Translations under genes and position numbers: made by a program
Assembly: GCF_009914755.1 (NCBI RefSeq)
Contig: NC_060927.1
Direction: 5' to 3' (one strand)
Source: the human T2T-CHM13v2.0 reference genome, Homo sapiens
DNA length: 64,000 nt
The notes under the pieces: generated by a model
Told to the model about the DNA's origin: nothing
Database searches by the model: none
The model's input: only the letters and a program-made list of their open reading frames with translations
Shown here: positions 52,277 through 64,000 of the stretch, piece by piece
Layout of the letters: each line of letters starts with the position of its first letter
Numbering within the stretch: position 1 is the first letter of the stretch

Positions 52277-54995
52277 AGGCATTGACTTTTTGTGTCCTTC
52301 CACGTTTGGTGAATTTAAAGTATGTATAATAGTATCTCAGTATTAATTCTCCTTACATTTTCATTTCCCTGATTTCTAGTGAGAGTGAGCAAACTAATAA
52401 AGATTTATTTTCCCTGTGAGGTTTGTTTGTTTGTATGTTTTATTCTTAATTGCTTATTCATATCTGTTGTCCAATTCTGTACAAAAAAATAACCAAAACA
52501 AGACAATGAGTTATATGCATTGCCAATAATCACTTCCGATATGATTTGTCTGTAAATATCCATAATGCCTTTATTGTACAGGCACTTTAATTTTTTTTTT
52601 TAACTTTTAGATTCAAGGAAACATGAAGATTTGTTATATAGGCAAATTGCATGTCATGAGGATTTGGTTTACAGATTATTTCATCACTAAAGTAATATGC
52701 ATAGTACCTGATAGACAGTTTTTTGATCCTCATCTTCTTCTCACCCCCGACTCTCAAGTAGGCCCAAGTCTGTTGTTCCCTCCTTGGTGTCCATGTACAG
52801 TCAATGTTTACCTCCCACTTACAAGTAAGAACATGTGGTCTTTGATTTTCTGTTCCTATGTTAATTCAATTAAGTTAATGGCCTCCAGCTTCATCCATGT
52901 TCCTGCAAAGGACATCATCTCATTCTTTTATGACTGAGTAGTATTCTAGGGTGTATATGTACCACATTTTCTTTACCTAGTTTATCATTGTTAGGCATTT
53001 AGGATGATTCTGTGTCCTTGGTATTGTGAATCGTGTTGCAATGAACGTACATGTGCATGTGTCTTTGTGGTAGAACAATTTATATTCCTTTGGGTACATA
53101 CCCAATAATGGGATTACTAGGTCAAATGGTAATTCTGTTTTAAATTCTTTGAGAAATCACCTAACTTCTTTCCACAATGGCTAAACTAATTTACATTCCC
53201 ACCAGCAGTGTATGAGCATTCCCTTTTCAAGATGTAAATGTGCAGCATAATTTCTGGGTTCCCTATTCCTTTTCATTGGTCTATGTGTCTGTTTTTGTAC
53301 CAGTACTATGCTGTTTTTGTTACTGTAGCCTTGTAATATAGTTTGAAGCCAGGTAATGTGATGCCTCCAGCTTTATTGTTTTTGCTTAGGATTGCCTTGG
53401 CTATTCAGGCTCTTTTTGATTCCAAATGAATTTAAATTTTTTTTCCAATTCTGCAAAGAATGTCATTGGTAGTTTGATAAAAATAGCATTGCATTTATAA
53501 ATTACTTTGGGTAGTATGGCCATTTTAACAATATTCATTCTTCCTATCAAAGAGCATTGAATGTTTTTCCACTTATTTGTGTCATCTCTGATTTCTTTGA
53601 GCAGTGTTTTGTAATTATCATTGTAGACATGTTTTACCTTTGTAGTTAGCTGTATTACTAGGTATTTTATTCTTCTTGCAGCTATTGAGAATGGGATTGC
53701 ATTCTTGATTTGGCTTTCAGTTTAGACATTGATGTATAGAAATGCTACTGATTTTTGTGCATTGATTTTGTATCCTGAAACTTTACTGAAGTTGGTTATC
53801 AATGTAGGAGCTTTTGGGTAGAGACCATGGGATTTTCTATGTATAGAATCAATATGTCAATAAATCAACAATATGTCTGCGAAGAGGGATAGTTTGACTC
53901 CCTCTCTTCCTATTTGAATGCCTTCTATTTCTTTCTCTTGTCTGATTACTCTGGGTAGGACTTCCAGTACCATTTTGAAGACGAGCGGTGAGAGTGGGCA
54001 TCCTTGTCTTGTTGCAGTTCTCAAGGGCAATGCTTCCAGCTTTGCCCATTCAGTATGATGTTGGCTGTTAATAAAAGGCTCTAATTATTTTGAGGTATGT
54101 TCCTTTGATGCCTAGTTGAGGGTTTTTAACATGAGGGGATGTTTAATTTTATTGAAAGTATCTTCCGCATTTATTGAGATGATCATATGGTTTTCATCTT
54201 TACATCTGTTGATGTGGTGAAACACATTTATTTATTTGCATGTGTTAAACCAACCTTGCATCCCAGGGATAAAGCCTCCTTGATTGTGGTGGATTAACTT
54301 TTTGATATGCTGCTGGATTCGGTTTGATAGTATTTTGTTGAGCATTTTTGCATCAATGTTTATCAAGGATATTGGCCTGAAGTTTTATTTTTTTGTTGTG
54401 TCTCTGTGAGGTTTTGGTATCAGGATGATGCTGGCCTCATAGGATGACTTAGGGAGGAGGCCCTCCTCCTCTATTTTTTGGAATAGTTTCAGTAGGAATG
54501 GTACCAACTCTTCTTTATACAACTGGTAGAATTTGACTGAATTTTTCTGGTCCTGGGCTTTTTCTGGTTGGTAGTCTTTTTATTACTGATTCAATTTTGG
54601 AACACATTATTTTTCTGTTTAGAGATTTAATTTCTTCCTGGTTCAATCTCGGGAGGCTGTATGTTTCCAGGAATTTATCCATTTCTTCTAGGTTTTCTAG
54701 TTTGTATGCATAGAGATGTTTGTAGTAGTCTCTGTTTTTTTGTGTGTGTATTTCTGTGCAGTCGGTGGTAATGTCTCCTTTGTCATTTCTGATTGTGTTT
54801 ATTTAGATCTTCTCTTTTTTATTAGTCTAGCTAGCAGTCTATCAATCTTATTTATTCTTTCAAAACAAAAGCTCCTCAATTCATCTGTCTTTTTTATGGT
54901 TTTTCACATTTCAATTTCCTTCATTTCAGCTCTGATTTTGGTTATTTTTTGTTTTCTGTTAGCTTTGGGTTTGGTTTGCTCTTGTTCCTCTAGCT

Positions 54996-55214
54996 CGGGG
55001 GTGTCCAATCTTTTGGCTTCCCTGGGCCATATTGGAAGAAGAATTGTCTTGGGCCACACACAAAATACATGAACACTAACAGTAGCTGATGAGCTAAGAA
55101 AATTTCCAAAAAAATCTCAGAATGTTTTAAGAAAGTTTATGAATTTGTGTTGGGCTGCATTCAAAGCCTTCCTAGGCTGCATGCATCCTGCAGCCTGTGG
55201 GTTGGGTAAGCTTG
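54996..55214. mobile_element. MER30 (hAT-Charlie) inserted in L1 ORF2
   Basis: GGGGTGTCCAATCTTTTGGCTTCCCTGGGCC...GGGTTGGGTAAGCTTG; 8-bp TSD CTCTAG(C/T)T. Confidence 0.93.
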
Positions 55215-56435
55215 CTCTAGTTCCTCTATGTGTGATGTTAGGTTGTTAATTTGAGATCTTTCTAACTTTTTGATGTGGACATTTAACACTATAAACTTAC
55301 TTCTTAATACTCCTTTAGCTGTGTCCCTGAGATTCTAATATGTTATATCGTTGTTCTCATTAGTTTGAAAGAATTTCTTGATTTCTGCTTTAATTCTATT
55401 GTTTATCCTAAAGTTAATCAGGAGCAGGTTGTTTGATTTCCTTGTAATTGTATGGTTTTGAGTGATATTTGTAGTATTGATTTCTTTTTTTATTGCACTG
55501 TGGTCTCAGAGTGTGTTTGGTATTTTTTTTTTTAATTTGCTGAGGATTGTTTTATGTTCAATTGTGTGATCAATTTTAGAGTACATGTTATATGCAGATG
55601 AGAATGTCTATTCTGCTGTTTTGTGGTGGAGATTTTCAAGAATGTTTGTTAGATCCATTTGGTCAAGTATTGAGTTCTGGTCTTGAATATCTTTCTTATT
55701 TCCTGCCTTAATGATCTAATACTGTCAGTGAAGTATTGAAGTTTCCCACTATTATTGTGTGATTATCTAAGTTTCTTTCATAGATCTTTAAGGACTTGCT
55801 ATATGAATCTGAGTTCTCCTGTGTTGGGTGCATAAATATTTAGGGTAGTTGGGTTTTCTTGTTGTATTGCATCTTTTATCATTATGTAATACCCTTCTTT
55901 GTCCTTTTTAAAAAATCATTGTCTGTTTAAAGTCTGTTTTGCCTGAAATTAGGATAGCAACTCCTGCTTTTTTCTGTTTTCTGTTTGCTTAGTATGTTTT
56001 TTTCCATCCCTTTATTTTGAGCCTATGGGTATCATTGCATATAAGATGGGTCTCTAAAAGACAGGATAAAGTAGTGTCTTGCTTCTTTATCCAATTTACC
56101 ACTCTGTGCCTTTTAATTGAGCCATTTAACCTGTTTACATTCAAGATTAATATTGGCATATGCAGATTTGATCCTGTCATTTTGTTGTTAGCTGGTTAAT
56201 ATACAGACAAGATACTGTGGTTGATATGTGGTGTCACTGGTCTGTGTACTTACGTGAGACTTTGTGGTGGCTGGTAATGGTCCTTCCTTTCCATATTTAG
56301 CACTTTCTTAAGGACCTCTTATAAGGCAGGTCTGGTGGTAACAACTTCCCTTACCATTTGCTTGTCTAAAAAGGGTCTTATTTTTCCTTCACTTACGAAG
56401 CTTAGTTTGGTTGGATATGAAATTCTTGGTTGGCA

Positions 56436-56745
56436 TTTCTTTTCTTTTCTTTTTTTCTTTTGAGACAGTGTCTTGCTTTGTTTCCCAGGCGCTACAGTGC
56501 AGTGGCACAATCTTGGCTCACTGCAACCTCCACCTCCTGGGTTGAAGCAATTCTCATGCCTCAGCTTCCTGAGAGCTGGGATTGCAGATGTGCACCACCA
56601 TTCCCAGCTAATGTTTCGCATTTTGAGTAGAGACGGGGTTTCACTATGTTGGTCAGATTAGTTTTGAACTTGTGGCCTCAAGTGATCTTCCTGCCTCAGC
56701 CTCCCAAAGTGCTGGGATTATAGGCAAGAGTCACCATGCTCAGCT
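56436..56745 (-). mobile_element. Alu (J/old S) inserted in L1 ORF1
   Basis: Reverse-complement Alu; TTGG(C/A)ATTT flanks. Confidence 0.94.
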
Positions 56746-58099
56746 TGGAATTTTGTTTCTTTAAGAATGCTGAATGTAGGCCCCCAATCTCTTTTGGCTT
56801 GTAGAGCTTCTGCTGAAAGGTTTGCTGTTAGCCTGATGGGATTCCCTTTGTAGGTGAGCTTCCCCTTTTCTCTAGCTACCTTTAACATCTTTCATTCTAT
56901 TTTAACTTTGGAGTATCTGATGACTATGTGCCTTGTGGATGGTCATCTTTTATAGTATCTTTCAGGGGTTCTCTGCATTTCCTGAATTTAAATGTTGGCC
57001 TCTCTAGTGAGGTTGGGGAAATTTTCATGGATGACATTCTCAAATATGTTTTTTAAATTGCTTGCTTTCCCTCCTTCAGTTGCTTTCTCTCCTTCCAAGA
57101 TTGCTTTATCTCCTTTCAGGAATGCCAGTGAATCCTAAATTTGGTCTCTTCACATAATCCCACATTTCTTGGAGACTTTGTTCATTCTCCTTTATTCTTT
57201 TTTCTTTATGCTTATTTGACTGAGTTATTTTGGAGAACTGGTCTTTGAGCTCTGAGATTCTATCCTCAGCTTGGTTGATTCTATGTTAATACTGGCTATT
57301 TTGTTATGAAAATCTTGAAGTGAGTTTTTCAGCTCTATTATCATATCAGTTTGGTTCTTTCTTAAAATGGTCACTTTATCTTTCATCTCATGTATCGTTT
57401 TATTGTGTTTCTGAAGTTCCTTGGGTTGGGTTTCAACTTTCTCCTGAATGTCGATGATCTTCATCCCTATCCATATTCTGAGTTATATTTCTGTCACTTC
57501 AGCAGTTCCAGCTTGGTTAAGAACTATTGCTGGGGAGCTAGTGTGGTAGTTTGAAGGTGAAAAGACACTCTTGTTTTTTGAGTTGCCAGAGTTCTTGTGT
57601 CGGTTATTTCTCTTCTGTGTAGGCTGAAGGTCCTTCAATCTTTGAAACTGCTATCCTTTAAATGGGTTTTTGTACTTTCATTTTCGCTGAGGCCCTTGGG
57701 GGTTTGAGTATGGTATAAAGTGAATTCTGTCAACTGACTTCATTTCTGAAAGATTTTAGGAGGGGCAAGGATCAGCTCAGCATTTCCAGGCTGTATGCTG
57801 TATCTCTGGAGGCCTGGTACTCGTCTCTCAGCTTTGTTTTCTGGCCTCTTGAGGTTAGGAATCTGCTGCACTGGAGGGGCCAAGATGTTCCTGGTCTGCT
57901 GGCCACAACATTCAGATGGGTGGTGCTGGCTAAAGCATTTTGTTGGGGTGGTGGTAGTGGGATCCATGCTTACTTGCATGTGCCAGCAGCTGCAGCAGCA
58001 TGGCAGGATGCGCGTGTGTTGGCTGGGGGAATGTAATAGTGGGAATGGGGCTGTGATGTTTCTGTGGGTGCTCACACCAGTGGTGTGGGGGACTCAGTT

Positions 58100-58800
58100 T
58101 TTAAGAAGATAAATTTAGATTTGTCTCTGATAGGAGATATTATTGTTTTATTAAAATAACCTTTGAATACCATGAAGTCACAAACATTTTCACCATATTT
58201 TCTTCTTTTCTCATTTAAGTCTTTAATTTATCTGGAATATACTTTGGTATATGGAGTGTGTTAGAGATCTTATTTTATTTTGTCCCATAAGGATAACCAA
58301 TTTTCCTGGTCCTTTCCCTTGAGTATAACGTTCTCTATTCATTGCATTGTAATGTCACATGTAAAATTCTCACATACATATGAGTTTGTTTGTGGCCTCT
58401 CAGTTCTGTTTCATTGATTTATTAAATTATTTGTGCACAAATGCCACGTCATTTTAATTATTGTATTATTATATTATGCCTCAATATGTGCTAGAACAAG
58501 TCCTACCTTTTTGTATTGGCCATTCTTGGCTCTTTCATATGAATTTTTGAATGAACCTATTAAAGTAAAACTTGTTAATATTTTGACTGGACTCGCATTG
58601 AAAACATACACAAATTATAGAGAAAAATGGCATCTTTATGCTATTAAGTGTTTCCAACCTGAACACTGTGTATGTCTCCAGGTTTTAAAGACTTTTTAAT
58701 GTCCTTCATTAAAATTTATTGATTTTCTCTATAAAGACCTCATTCTTAACTTTATTTCTAACAACCTTATTGATTCTTCTGGATTGTTATGCATGACAAA
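58100..58800 (-). mobile_element. Old L1ME ORF2 relic (likely host of the L1PA16)
   Basis: CATTTAAGTCTTTAATTTATCTGGAA...GATAACCAATTTTCC...TTTTGACTGGACTCGCATTGAA. Confidence 0.7.
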
Positions 58801-58854
58801 GTGACATTTTTTCCATGATCTAGAATAGACAAGTCTTAAGAAGTCTGGGTTCTG

Positions 58855-59594
58855 TGTTTGTACACTGCAAATTTGTACAGTCACTAAAGAGAACAGTACG
58901 GAGGTTCCTCAAAAAAACTAAAAATAGATTTACCACATGACCCAGCTACCCCTCTGCAGGGTATGTATCCTAAAGAAAGAAAATTAGTATGTCAAAGAGA
59001 TATCTGCACTCCCACGCTTATTGCAGCAGTATTCACAATAGCTAAGTTGTAAAATAAACCTAAGTGTTCACAGGCACATACACATACACACAGAGATTCT
59101 GGGATATTATTTAGCCACAAAAAAGAAGGAAATCCTGTCATTTGCAGCAATATGGATGGAACTAGAAGTTATTATGTTAAGTGAAGTAAGCCAGGCACAT
59201 AGAGACAAATATCACATATTCTCACTCATATGTGAGAGCTAAAAAAGTTGATCCCATGGATGTAAAAGGTAGAATGATGGTTACCAGAGGCTGGGAAGGA
59301 TAAGGAGGAGGAGATGAAGAGAGGTTGGTTAATGGGTACAAAAATACAGTTAGAAAGATGAAATAAATTCTAGTGTTTGGTAGCACAGTGAGGTGACTGT
59401 AATAAACAATAACTTATTGCATATTTCAAAATAGCTAGAAGAGGAGATTTAGATATTTCTAACACAAAGAAATAATAAATGTTTGAGATGATGGATATCC
59501 TAATTACCCTGCTTACGTTATCACCATTGTGCAAATATATCAAAATATCACATGTACCCCATAAACATCCAATTATTATGTATCAATAAAAAAA
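58855..59594 (+). mobile_element. L1MA (L1MA4-7-like) 3' portion inserted in a MIR
   Basis: GAGATATCTGCACTCCCAC, GAGAGGTTGGTTAATGGGTACAAAAATACAGTTAG; TSD AAGTCTGGGTTCTG at 58841-58854 and 59593-59606. Confidence 0.92.
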
Positions 59595-60539
59595 GTCTGG
59601 GTTCTGGATCCAGTGCCTGAGTTCAAATTTTGTCTCCACCACTTTCTAGATGAGTCTCAGTTGATTTAACCCTATGTTGGGAACAATAATAGCAGTCATT
59701 CAATGGGGTTGTTGTAAAGAGTAATTGAGGTAATAAATGCCTACAATATAGCACTTAGAATATTTGAGCTATTAGCACTTCTCCAACTCCTATTACTCCT
59801 ATGCTTTAGTTTTTGCTGTTATAAAGGATATTATTTATTTTTATATGCTGGTATTTAGATACTTTTGATTTTTATGATAAAAATCATAACATACATGAAG
59901 AATGATGGCTTCCTTTTTCTTTTTAAATTCCTATTCAGGTTATTTTTTTTTCTTGGCTTATTGTGTTTGCTAAGACTTCTAATGTTGCATTTAAGTACAT
60001 TACTACATCTTTATTTAAACAAGCTAGAATTTCAGAGAACATTGTTGACAGTTTGTCCTTTGCCAATGGTTAATTACTGTAAAAGTTGTAATGTGTTCTT
60101 TTTGCTTATTTTAGATATTTTGCCAAAAAAGGGACTCATATATTACTAAGTTTTTCCTCCTCCTTCCTTCAATGTTATCCTTCTGTCACATTTACCTCTT
60201 CAATTCCTACCTACTTTTTGAAGCCAGTTTAAATGCAACCTTTTCCATGAAACTTGTGGCTTCTTTTAGCTGGAAGTAAAATCTGCAGTCTTTATCCCTT
60301 TACACTTCATCAGAATTTCTCCTATTTATACTCCAAATTACAGTATGCATTTTATACATGTTTTGTCATCCCCACTCAGATCCTAAGATTCTCGAGATAA
60401 GGATTGGCATCTGTTTTATTTAGAATTTCCTTTCTTGCTCTCGGCTACTAGCAAATTTGTCAACAAATAATAAATAAATAAATAAAAGAATAAATCATAT
60501 CTGGAACTAAATGTCAAAAAGATCTAAAGTTTATTAGGA

Positions 60540-60989
<450 letters not shown>

Positions 60990-61589
60990 TTAACTGTACT
61001 AGAACTTGTGACAGAATAGAAAAACAGTACAAGAGAACTCTCATGAGGACAACCAGGATGCACAAATAAATGGCAAAAATGTCCATTTAACAGAAAACTT
61101 AATCATCTATTCAGTTTTATTCTCTCCAGCTTAATCCAGCCCATTTCAAGAAATGTTTGGAGAAATGTTTTTCAAGAACTAAGCTGACTCAGGTGTTTGT
61201 AGGTATGACATTTTGATATTTACTTCTGTTTTTTTGGACAGTAACTTTTAAAGTAAAGGAGGAAGTCCTTAATGAAAAATATGTTGTAATGGATTTCTAT
61301 CATCATTCAGTTTTTCAGTTTTTCATAGCTGCTTTATCCTAAATGAATTTGTCCTTTGGGAATCTCTATGTTTTCAGCATCTAAACCAGTTGTCATAGTA
61401 CATAGAAAATATCTAGCAGGCTATTTCTTCTTTGAGAAGGAATAGAACCCACAGCTTTGTTCATGCCTACACAGAGGCTTTATTTAAAAATGTTCAAAGG
61501 ATGTAAACATAAAATGTCCTGTAAGTAAGTTCTTAATTTATGCCTCCTTTGTTTTTAGAATCTTGATTTCAACTTTATTTTAAAAAATA

Positions 61590-61850
61590 TATCTGCAGAG
61601 GTCTGCAGGTTTCTGCAGGCCAGCATCTGCTCCTGGAGGTGAGGCTTCCAGCTTGCACTGACTTTCAGGATTTTCTTTCAGGTAAACACCTGGAGGCAAT
61701 CATCTGCAGATGCCAATCTGCAAGCAGATGTATATGGGTAGGACAGCAGCACTTTATGCCATTAGAGCAGCTGGGAGGAGAGGAAAATGAATGTGTTCTG
61801 CTTTCCTTTGTGTCATATAAAACTCCCTAAGAGCATTCTCACCTGGAACC
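61590..61850. promoter_or_regulatory. Candidate bHLH (E-box cluster) enhancer
   Basis: Seven CANNTG sites in ~220 bp plus three phased TCTGCAG. Confidence 0.4.
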
Positions 61851-62321
61851 CATTTTCCTTCTCTCCTGGTCTTGGCTTGTTTTGATGGAGAAAGAAACTT
61901 ACTTCACTCATCCTTCCAGGTTAAGAGGAAGTTTGTCCTTCCTTGACATCAATCACCTTGGTTGAGAATGATGCTCAGCAAAACTTTGCCTAAAATGTTT
62001 TCCAGAAAGTGAGCTCCTTGAAGGGATTGCCTCTGATGCTATAATCATTCTACTGTATGGTGCTTAGTACAAGTCTAAGTACCCAGAGACACTCATAAAT
62101 AATGATGGTTTCCAATTGACATCTCAAATATGGCTGATAACTTAATGTGGGTAATTTTATTTATCATTTGAAAATATATCCTCAGATACGGTTTACTAAT
62201 GAGATTCCATTTGGAAAAAATATTATTAAGTTTAATATAACATTTGTGAAACATATTGAATTTTCTTGATTTTAACTGTTAAAGTAATATGTTGGCCCAG
62301 TGAAAACACCAAATAGTAAAG

Positions 62322-62322
<1 letters not shown>

Positions 62323-62363
<41 letters not shown>
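62323..62363. repeat. (AC)20 microsatellite
   Basis: Read directly. Confidence 0.97.
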
Positions 62364-62365
<2 letters not shown>

Positions 62366-63074
62366 ATGTTCTCTCTCCCATACTTTCCTTCCTTTGGTCT
62401 CAGTCCCTAGAGGCAAACTTTAAATTGCTTCTGTTTAAGTCCCTCTCTCATTTAACTCCATTAACACCAGATAATATGCAGATACTTCAAATTTCTCAAT
62501 TTATTAGGACAATATCAATTTTTACATGAGAGATAAGAATTAGCTGACACTAATCCTATCTTCGTTCTCTCTCTGATCCAATTTTATCAAACATTTTATT
62601 TTTAATTCTCCTATTGGATACGTTTTAGACCTAAGATAATATATTGATAGCTCCAGTTATTGATTATTCCATCAACTTTGGTATCTCAAATACCCTGTAT
62701 GTAAAATAACACCAGTAACCCTTCTCTTTTGTTTTTGAGTCCATTATCCCTCCTTAATTTTATCTTTCACATTCTCTTAGTCAAAGCTATTAACATTTGC
62801 TTTTTTTTAACGTTTATTAACATTTACATTCTGTTTTGCCAAAGTTGTTCACATTTACTCTCTGTAATTATGAGTTAATATTCTGTGCTTTGACTATAAG
62901 CTCATCCTAAAAGTTGAAAGCCCAATAAATAAAACTTCCATTGTCATTATGTAAATAGAATTTACTATAGCTACATTTTGTGCTAAGATTACATATTTGT
63001 GCTAATAAGAGAATGCTATTGATGTAAAAAATGAATTCTCTTCATTGCTTAATTTTGTTATGTAGAAAAAATTT

Positions 63075-63655
63075 ATTTAGAGATTTTTGAGGTAAAATTT
63101 ACTTAAAATATACACACTTGAAATGTACAATGTAAAGTTTGGACAAGTGCATATACCTGGGGAATGCATAACTCTATCAAATCAAGAATATTTTCAACAC
63201 TCCAGAAAGTTCCCACATACACCTTATCAGCAAGTCCTCACTCACCTGCAGAGGCAACAACTTTTCTGATCTTCTTAACTGTGGTTTAATTGTGCTTGTT
63301 CTAGAACTTTATATAAGTGGGATCATAGAGTAATTACCTAGAGGAATTCCATTCATATATATGGAATTTTTTTTGTATCCTGATTCTTCCTCTCAGCATG
63401 ATATCTGTGAGATTCATTCATATTGATTCATGTATGGGTAGTTTATTAATTTTTCTGATGGTATTCATTGTGTGACTATACCACTTTGTTTATATTCTCC
63501 TTTTGATGGACACCTAGGTTGTTTGTACTTTTTGCTATTTTGGATAAAACTTCTATGAATATTCTTATAATAGTGTTTTGAGACATACATTTTTATATAT
63601 TTTGGGCAAAACCAAAGAGTAGAATTGCTGGATCTTATGGAAAGCATATGCCTAT
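63075..63655 (-). mobile_element. Old L1M (MC/MD/ME-like) 3' region
   Basis: CACTCCAGAAAGTTCCC...GTTCTAGAACTTTATATAAGTGG...TGATGGACACCTAGGTTGTTT...AGAATTGCTGGATC. Confidence 0.85.
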
Positions 63656-64000
63656 TACTTTTATTATTTTTTGCTTTATTTAAATTTTTAAAACTAAAGA
63701 CTATGGCAAAATTGGCTTTTGTTAGTGTACATTTCTGTGGGCATTAATAAAAGTATATGGTCATGTAACCCTCATCACAATCAGATATTGTTTCATCACC
63801 ACCCCCCCACCCATATTTTCTTATGCCAAATTGCCGTCAACCTTTTCCCCAACTCCAGCTCCTGGCAACTTCTTTTCTGGTTTCTGTTCCCATTATACTG
63901 TCTTTTCCATAACGTCATATAAATACAGTTATATGATATGTATATAACTGTTTGATTTTGACTTCTTTCACAATGCGTAATGCCTTTGAGATTCATCCAC
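63656..64000 (-). mobile_element. Second old L1M 3' end, running off the window
   Basis: T-rich tail followed by GTCATGTAACC...CAGCTCCTGGCAAC...TGACTTCTTTCAC...TTGAGATTCATCCA. Confidence 0.8.

Larger units (their letters stand above)
52591..58090 (-). mobile_element. Long decayed L1PA15/16 (3'UTR, ORF2 with deletion, ORF1, part of 5'UTR)
   Basis: 3'UTR TACAGATTATTTCATCAC...CTCAAGTAGGCCC; ORF2 start MTGSNLHMPILILNVNRLN (56180); ORF1 remnants QPRISYPTKLSF and a coiled-coil segment; GC-richer 5' segment at 57740-58090. Confidence 0.93.

Overview
AT-rich primate genomic DNA, very probably human given an L1Hs-diagnostic base at 9806. It is intronic or intergenic, with no supportable protein-coding gene: all longer ORFs are L1-, Alu-, LTR- or microsatellite-derived. 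I identify 15 Alus, about 15 L1 pieces of all ages (including a ~5.5 kb L1PA15/16 carrying nested MER30 and Alu insertions), L2/MIR relics, MER20, Tigger3a, MaLR and ERVL LTRs, and several microsatellites. The most notable items are: (1) a 70-bp, extremely 5'-truncated L1 insertion with the young L1Hs G6015 signature, a pure poly(A) and a perfect 15-bp TSD, a candidate presence/absence polymorphism; (2) an L1PA inserted into an older L1 that carries a 3'-transduced tag; (3) two highly decayed RTE-clade reverse-transcriptase relics readable only at peptide level; (4) an old ~270-bp local duplication 7,799 bp apart; (5) repeat-poor, enhancer-like blocks (homeodomain, E-box and CpG-retaining clusters) and a few isolated exon-like or microexon-like segments. 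I found no convincing evidence of a new multi-gene system. Subfamily calls come from recalled consensus features, and boundaries of old repeats are approximate.
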